Assembly: GCA_965116925.1 (NCBI GenBank)
Contig: OZ220744.1
Coordinates: 5,312,001-5,376,000 of the forward strand
Source of the DNA: Candidatus Poribacteria bacterium
Lineage (GTDB): Bacteria > Poribacteria > WGA-4E > PCPOR2b
Length of the DNA: 64,000 nucleotides
Reading direction: 5' to 3'
Shown here: piece after piece, positions 58,580 through 64,000 of the stretch
How the letters are laid out: each line of letters begins with the position of its first letter
Numbering within the stretch: the stretch's first letter is position 1
Translations under genes and position numbers: made by a program
The notes under the pieces: generated by a model
The model's input: the letters and a program-made list of their open reading frames with translations, nothing else
The model's database searches: none
What the model was told of the DNA's origin: nothing

Positions 58580-60514
58580 TTACCACGGTTCAGAATAGGA
58601 TGGTTCGTTCACATAACGCTCCGTGGTCAGATCAAGAGTAACCTCAGCCCCCGGTGGGAGCGTGAGGCGCAGATGTTTGTCGTTTATAGCGGCTGTCCGC
58701 GCTTCGGTTGTCAGCGGTGGCGGGGCATAGCTGCCGGCATAGCCACCCAACTCTCCGGGCCAGTCACTCGTCCGCACGAAGTATTCCGCCGTGCCGAATC
58801 GGTGCTCACCGAATCCACCTGCCTGAATAATCAATTCCCTCCCCTCATTGGGGTTGAGATTCGTTAAGCGAACAACCGTGCGTGCCGCTTCCAACTTTTC
58901 GACTAACGCCCCCACATCTTCGGGCAGACCGGGACGCTGACGATGAACATCGAAGTAGCGGAGGCGACAGTGCAGCAGTCCACCATTGTAGATCGGCTGC
59001 GGTGCACCAAGCGTTAATTGGATCAACGCCTCGGACGAGACAGGGTTACCCCATTGCCAGTGATGGACGTGGTGATGCGTTCCTACCGCTTCATCCTCTC
59101 GCAGCAGGGCAAGGCGTCGGCACATTATTTGGTGACTAGCGTGAAGGCTGTGTTCAGGATAACTCGCATTCCGTCCTGCCAAATATCGAACCCACGGCTG
59201 CTCATGTCCGGAATCCTCCTTGTTATGGAAGGCGAAGGTCGCGTTCCAGTCGAAAGCCTCCGCACCCCGAACCCGCTCCATACTCTCCCAGTCTTCGTCT
59301 GCCATCGAAAGATTCCACAGCGTTACCATATAGACAGGAGAGATAGGCTGCCAATCGAACCAGCCAGCGTCTCCATATCGGTAAGGCACCAAGAAGGTGT
59401 CGTACTGCTCGCCCATTGAGGCAAACTGACTATCCCAGCGTTCACTGACACTCATGTCGAAGTCACGAATGTCCTTTACCTCCCCAAGTTCAAGGATACG
59501 ATTCATCTGCTGCCGTGGAAGTTCGAGATATGCGTCGTCGCGGGTCAGCAGATAGGCGTTTGCAGCGGCATCAAGCGTCGCCTTCTGAAGGGTCAGAAAG
59601 CCGTGCGGAAATGTCCATCCGTAGCGTCCCCCATACCACTTGCCGTTACAGTATTCGCCGACCTCCCCGGAGTGTCCGACATTATCTGGTAGGAGCCCTT
59701 TGTTCCGCCGCGCTCGTTCGACCCAAGCATCGGTGTATTCGACTACCCAATCGCGGTACTTCTCCTCACCGGTCAAGAGAAAGGCGTTCGTAACCAACGA
59801 CGTAATAGATAAGTTCGTCGGTGTGTCTCCCTTTCTCCAGCGATCAAACAGTGCTTGCCCCATGGCGCGGGCGTTATCTGGATCCCCCAGATCCTGCACG
59901 GTGGAGATCCCGGGCAGATCGAAAAAGGGTAGGCTATACTGTTCCATGGTGCTGCCGAGGGGGGCATAGATCGCCGTTTCCCGTTCTGATATTGGTGCGT
60001 AATACGCCCCCTGGCTGCCGTTGAGTCCAGAAAGGACGATTTTGTGTTCAGGGTCGTAGTTGATGGCATCGGGATCCTCGTTGAGGTAAAAACCCGCAAA
60101 ACGCTTGGCTCTCTCACGACGTTTGTGTCCATTCGGATGCGCTAGGCAGAGGTGGAAAAAGAGGATATCGCTTTCAGATTGGTGCATCTGATCTTCGCGG
60201 ATACCGTACTCTTTGTAGACCGTGCCGAGACGCGTCAGCTGCTTGGTGACCGCCTCCCACTGCCGATCTGCCAACGTCAGCAGATGGTCTCCACCGCCCA
60301 TCAGATAGACGAGGGGCCAGTTAAAGAAAGGTTCGTAATAGTCGTCGGGGCTGCCACCACCCCATTCATCTTTCCAGATAAATTCTCCATCTTCTCGCGT
60401 GAAGTGGTCGAGAAAGGGCTGGACAGACTGATTCATTGTATCGAATAATTGTCGCTCCCAGACCGCCCAAGAGGGCGGTGTTGTAATCGGTACGTTAGCA
60501 GATATGTGGATCAT
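58580..60514 (-). CDS. Conserved hypothetical protein (644 aa), possibly an (alpha/alpha) toroid glycoside hydrolase/lyase-like protein
   Basis: Long Trp/Gly/Asp-rich ORF; DDYYEPFFNWP; AFLLTGEEKYRDW; GKWYGGRYGW. Confidence 0.65.
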   Translation of the reverse strand: MIHISANVPITTPPSWAVWERQLFDTMNQSVQPFLDHFTREDGEFIWKDEWGGGSPDDYYEPFFNWPLVYLMGGGDHLLTLADRQWEAVTKQLTRLGTVYKEYGIREDQMHQSESDILFFHLCLAHPNGHKRRERAKRFAGFYLNEDPDAINYDPEHKIVLSGLNGSQGAYYAPISERETAIYAPLGSTMEQYSLPFFDLPGISTVQDLGDPDNARAMGQALFDRWRKGDTPTNLSITSLVTNAFLLTGEEKYRDWVVEYTDAWVERARRNKGLLPDNVGHSGEVGEYCNGKWYGGRYGWTFPHGFLTLQKATLDAAANAYLLTRDDAYLELPRQQMNRILELGEVKDIRDFDMSVSERWDSQFASMGEQYDTFLVPYRYGDAGWFDWQPISPVYMVTLWNLSMADEDWESMERVRGAEAFDWNATFAFHNKEDSGHEQPWVRYLAGRNASYPEHSLHASHQIMCRRLALLREDEAVGTHHHVHHWQWGNPVSSEALIQLTLGAPQPIYNGGLLHCRLRYFDVHRQRPGLPEDVGALVEKLEAARTVVRLTNLNPNEGRELIIQAGGFGEHRFGTAEYFVRTSDWPGELGGYAGSYAPPPLTTEARTAAINDKHLRLTLPPGAEVTLDLTTERYVNEPSYSEPW

Positions 60515-60578
60515 CAGAGATGCGTTCTCCTTCGATAATATCGGAATTCCGCTACGCTCAACTTGTGTACTATCAACC

Positions 60579-60606
60579 GTAGGGAACGCAGATCTGCGTT
60601 CCCTAC
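60579..60606. repeat. Perfect 28-bp GTAG REP-like palindrome
   Basis: GTAGGGAACGCAGATCTGCGTTCCCTAC. Confidence 0.7.
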
Positions 60607-60607
60607 T

Positions 60608-61501
60608 TTACATATCGCCTCGGTACGGGGTTGGACCCTCCGGGCGATTCTTACGGGGTACTTTTGTTGGATATTTTTCGAGTGCCGCGATCCAAGCCTC
60701 TTGCCATTCCTCGTACTCGGTTTCGGAATCCGGGGAAAGGCGACTACGGGCATCAAAGCTGGGCCAGAAGGCGCGTCCCGTGGGCGTTCCTCTTTTCTGG
60801 TAGCGTATATCCATGCTCCAACGGATGGTATTTGTGTTATTCGTACCTGACGAATGGGGGGTTAGCTTGTGAATGAAGATAACATCTCCTTTTTTCATCG
60901 GCACTGAGACCCAATCCCCATCTGGCAGACTATCGCCCCAGTATACCGTGCGATGCTTGTGGATCCGGGGCATCACCCGCAGGCAGCCGTTTTCCTCTGT
61001 GGTATCGCACAAGGGGATCCAAACGGTCAGGACAAAGGTTGCATCCGCTTCCTCATGGAAGAATATTGCATCTTGGTGCCAGAAGACTACATTGGAATTG
61101 CGCCCCTGTTCTAGGTCCGAAGGTAACTTCGCCCGTATATGGGTCATGGGACTACAGCAGATCTCTGGACCGATAAGTCCCTCTATCAAATCCAGCAGCC
61201 GCCTGTTCCGCATAAAGTGAAATGTCCCTTTGCCTCGGATATGCCCCACATCCAGAAATGTGTCCGATTCAAAATAGGTCGCCTCATCTTCGTCACATAT
61301 CCGAGCGAGACGCGTTTCAAACGGTTGGCCCGCGTACAGTTCGCTGATTCGACCTTCAGCGTACAAATCCTTGGCGAGCTTGTCTATGACTCCCTCGTAG
61401 TCTTGAATCACTGGCTCAAAATCGACATCCTGTAGTGCTGCCTCAAGCACCACATATCCCTCTTCTTTGAAATGTTCAAGTTGTTCCTTTGTCAGCGTCA
61501 T
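60608..61501 (-). CDS. PhyH-family dioxygenase
   Basis: LTKEQLEHFKEEGY; WHQD; VWIPL.D..EENGCL; HKLTPHSS..N...IRWS.D.RY. Confidence 0.92.
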   Translation of the reverse strand: MTLTKEQLEHFKEEGYVVLEAALQDVDFEPVIQDYEGVIDKLAKDLYAEGRISELYAGQPFETRLARICDEDEATYFESDTFLDVGHIRGKGTFHFMRNRRLLDLIEGLIGPEICCSPMTHIRAKLPSDLEQGRNSNVVFWHQDAIFFHEEADATFVLTVWIPLCDTTEENGCLRVMPRIHKHRTVYWGDSLPDGDWVSVPMKKGDVIFIHKLTPHSSGTNNTNTIRWSMDIRYQKRGTPTGRAFWPSFDARSRLSPDSETEYEEWQEAWIAALEKYPTKVPRKNRPEGPTPYRGDM

Positions 61502-61646
61502 TTGTCAGTCCTCTCAGTCGGCAAAAAATGATCCCGCACCTCATTTTAACGGCGGCAAGTCTTAAAACTTTCTACCACATTATACGCGGAAGCAGGCAGG
61601 GTGTAAAGTGGAAATTAAGTGTGAATTTTTACGATTTTGGATCTGC

Positions 61647-61675
61647 TTGCATTTAATATTAGGACGTGATATAAT
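61647..61675 (+). promoter_or_regulatory. Sigma70-type promoter
   Basis: TTGCAT-17nt-TATAAT with extended TG. Confidence 0.55.
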
Positions 61676-61831
61676 GCCGCGCATAGCTGTTAAACTTGCT
61701 TTGGCAGCGAATAATAATCCGCTCCCAGATTTTCGGGAGTTTTTTTATATATCCATAACAGGAGAGATTGACGGAATCGATGCTGCCCTGGCGACAATCC
61801 CTCTTCAGCATGAATTTTATCTACTAATAAA

Positions 61832-62827
61832 ATGTACAATAAACTGACAGATGTTAAACTCAGAACTGGCGAGACGATGGAGGTGGGCGTTATCATTGCC
61901 CCGGACGAAGCGCATGCGGAACAGATTAAACCGTTCCTAGCACACAAAGGAGGCGGTTTCAAGTGGCATCTTGAACGTTCTGTTGTTGAAACGCTCGATG
62001 ATTTGGAGACACGCTTCTACGTCGGCAAAGTGGACGGAGACATCATCGCAAACATTATGATAGTTGAACACGGACACGTCGGTATCCTTGGACATGTTTT
62101 TACAACGCCGACGCAACGTCGTAAGGGTGCTTGTAAATCGGTGATGGAGTTTCAAATGGAGGACTTCCGCCAGCGGGACGGTGAAGCACTCTACCTCGGA
62201 ACTGGATATAACAGCCACCCTTACTATATCTACAACAGTTTCGGCTTCGAGAGTGTTTTCCCCGGTTCGGGCTTCATGAAATACCGTGCGATTGAGGACT
62301 TCGATGACCGGTACTTTGCCACGAGTCCTGTTCACGCAAAGGATGTGGTCTGGCACGATTGGTCGAAGATGACTGCCCTAACCGGGATCGTAGAGGGTGA
62401 CTATCTGCGTAGTATCGCATTCGGCATTTATGGGCCCGCAAATTTTGAGGGCGGCTTTCTTGAGTTCAAACAAGCGTTGGAAGATGGGGATACCTATCAC
62501 GACGCAAAGCTGCTTGAATCGGACTCCGGTGCGATTGTCGGCATGGCTACAATCTCTTGGGATACGCGCTGGCAACCCGACACAGCGGTGTTGGACATGT
62601 TCATCCATCCGAACTTCTATGCGTCAGCATCAACCCTGCTTGAAGCGATTGAGCTTCCAGATGGCAAAATCCAGTGTTACGTTGAATCAGTCTCAACTCA
62701 CAAAGCCGCAGCAGTTCAAAAGGTGGGATTTTACCACGAAGCGACGTTGAAAAACCAAATCCAACATCAGGATAGAGGCGTTGATGTGTTGGTCTTCGCA
62801 CGTAACTATAGTGAATTCAAAAAATAA
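61832..62827 (+). CDS. GNAT acetyltransferase, probably tandem GNAT domains
   Basis: LGHVFTTPTQRRKGAC; YNSFGF; second GNAT-like half (QKVGFYHEA). Confidence 0.78.
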   Translation: MYNKLTDVKLRTGETMEVGVIIAPDEAHAEQIKPFLAHKGGGFKWHLERSVVETLDDLETRFYVGKVDGDIIANIMIVEHGHVGILGHVFTTPTQRRKGACKSVMEFQMEDFRQRDGEALYLGTGYNSHPYYIYNSFGFESVFPGSGFMKYRAIEDFDDRYFATSPVHAKDVVWHDWSKMTALTGIVEGDYLRSIAFGIYGPANFEGGFLEFKQALEDGDTYHDAKLLESDSGAIVGMATISWDTRWQPDTAVLDMFIHPNFYASASTLLEAIELPDGKIQCYVESVSTHKAAAVQKVGFYHEATLKNQIQHQDRGVDVLVFARNYSEFKK

Positions 62828-62848
62828 AGAAACACTTGCGCCCCCCCG

Positions 62849-62874
62849 GTAGGTGCGGTTTGTAACCGCACCGG
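62849..62874 (+). repeat. GTAG REP-like hairpin (same family as 25616)
   Basis: GTAGGTGCGGTTTGTAACCGCACCGG. Confidence 0.7.
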
Positions 62875-62967
62875 TTTGGCGTGTCCCATTAATTCTAAAA
62901 TCTACTATAAACAACCCCGGCATCCAACAATAGAAGTACGGTGCCATCAACCACCGGGAGAAACCAG

Positions 62968-63963
62968 ATGCTTGGTGTCCAACTTTTGGGAAATGAGAGA
63001 GTCACCGTCAAAGAATATCCCGAACCAATACTCACCTATAAGAACGATCTACTGATTCAGGTTAAGGCGTCAGGAATCTGTGGGAGTGAGATGCACGGCT
63101 ACCGTAGCCCAACCCCTCACACGTCTAACGGCGGGCACGAAGTTGCCGGGGAAATTATTGACGCGGGAAGATCAACAAAATTCAAGGTTGGTGATCGCGT
63201 TGGCGTCCACGCCGTTTGGGGGTGCGGGGATTGTCGGTGGTGCGGGGTTGGAAAATATACCTATTGTAATAACCGCACAGGCCGTGATTTGGGAACACAT
63301 GTGGAACGGTTTGCTGCCCCAGACCATGTTTGCCTCAAGCTCCCTGAAGATATTCCGTTCGACGTAGGAGTGCTCCTGACCGGCGATGGCTTTGGGGTGC
63401 CTTACCATGTGAGTCAACGTCTTAACACCAAAGGCGGGGATTTTGTGTGCGTTTTGGGAGCAGGTCCCGTCGGGCTTGGAAACACCATCGTGCAATCCTT
63501 CTTGGGCGCGGAAGTGATAGCTATTGACATCAACGACTACCGACTCTCCCTTGCAAAGGCAGCCGGTGCCGCACATACTATCAATTCAAAGGAGACTGAT
63601 CCCCTTGAGGCGATCGCGGAAATCACCCACGGCATGCTTGTGGATAAGTGCATCGAGGCAGCCGGCCGTCCGGAGACGCTCAGACTTGCCTTCACCTTGG
63701 TTGCGGTGGCGGGGACGATCATGTGCGTTGGGGAGCAAGGAGACCTACCAATTAGCCCAAGCCGGGATCTGATACGAAAGGACTTGACGTTAATGGGAAG
63801 TTGGTTCTATCACTATTCAGAATACCCTGCCATGCTCGATCTGTATCGCCGCGGTTTACCCATTGGACGGATGATTACCGATCACTTTCCACTTGTCGAA
63901 GCACAGACAGCATTTAGCAAATTTGCCAACGGCGAAGCGGGCAAGGTGATGCTTGAACCGTAG
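62968..63963 (+). CDS. Zinc-dependent medium-chain alcohol dehydrogenase
   Basis: GICGSE; GHEVAG; CGDCRWC......C; GAGPVG. Confidence 0.93.
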   Translation: MLGVQLLGNERVTVKEYPEPILTYKNDLLIQVKASGICGSEMHGYRSPTPHTSNGGHEVAGEIIDAGRSTKFKVGDRVGVHAVWGCGDCRWCGVGKYTYCNNRTGRDLGTHVERFAAPDHVCLKLPEDIPFDVGVLLTGDGFGVPYHVSQRLNTKGGDFVCVLGAGPVGLGNTIVQSFLGAEVIAIDINDYRLSLAKAAGAAHTINSKETDPLEAIAEITHGMLVDKCIEAAGRPETLRLAFTLVAVAGTIMCVGEQGDLPISPSRDLIRKDLTLMGSWFYHYSEYPAMLDLYRRGLPIGRMITDHFPLVEAQTAFSKFANGEAGKVMLEP

Positions 63964-64000
63964 CCGGTGAATTTGATGTTGACACGATTTTGGTGCAATG

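Noticed and set aside
86..63772. Numerous antisense and alternate-frame ORFs in the track (e.g. 86-583, 25998-26774, 45452-46072)
   Set aside because: They overlap well-supported genes and show no motifs.

Overview
A gene-dense (~60 CDS) bacterial window of mostly catabolic and housekeeping genes, with no rRNA, tRNA, CRISPR array or intact transposase that I could see. Four PhyH-family dioxygenases, sugar isomerases/dehydratases, HEAT and ankyrin proteins and many GTAG-REP/MITE-like intergenic repeats suggest Ca. Poribacteria or a similar lineage (inference only). Recognisable genes: birA, ackA, bioA, tatA, tatC, purM and purF. The top candidate for a novel system is a three-gene minus-strand unit at 8134-10180: an ECF sigma factor, a divergent stand-alone beta sliding-clamp (DnaN) paralog, and a translationally coupled 99-aa acidic protein. 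That small protein carries 3-4 clamp-binding-motif-like peptides (QTDLF, QMDFW, QLWLF, TFSLF) and an anti-sigma-like helix. Other unusual items: tandem KptA/Tpt1-like ADP-ribosyltransferase-domain + HEAT proteins, a 7Fe-ferredoxin/membrane/Hsp20-like fusion, transglutaminase-NUDIX and PhyH-HEAT fusions, four gene remnants (GNAT, DUF4037, TonB receptor, arsC), and nested repeat elements. All family calls are by motif recognition by eye; no searches were run.
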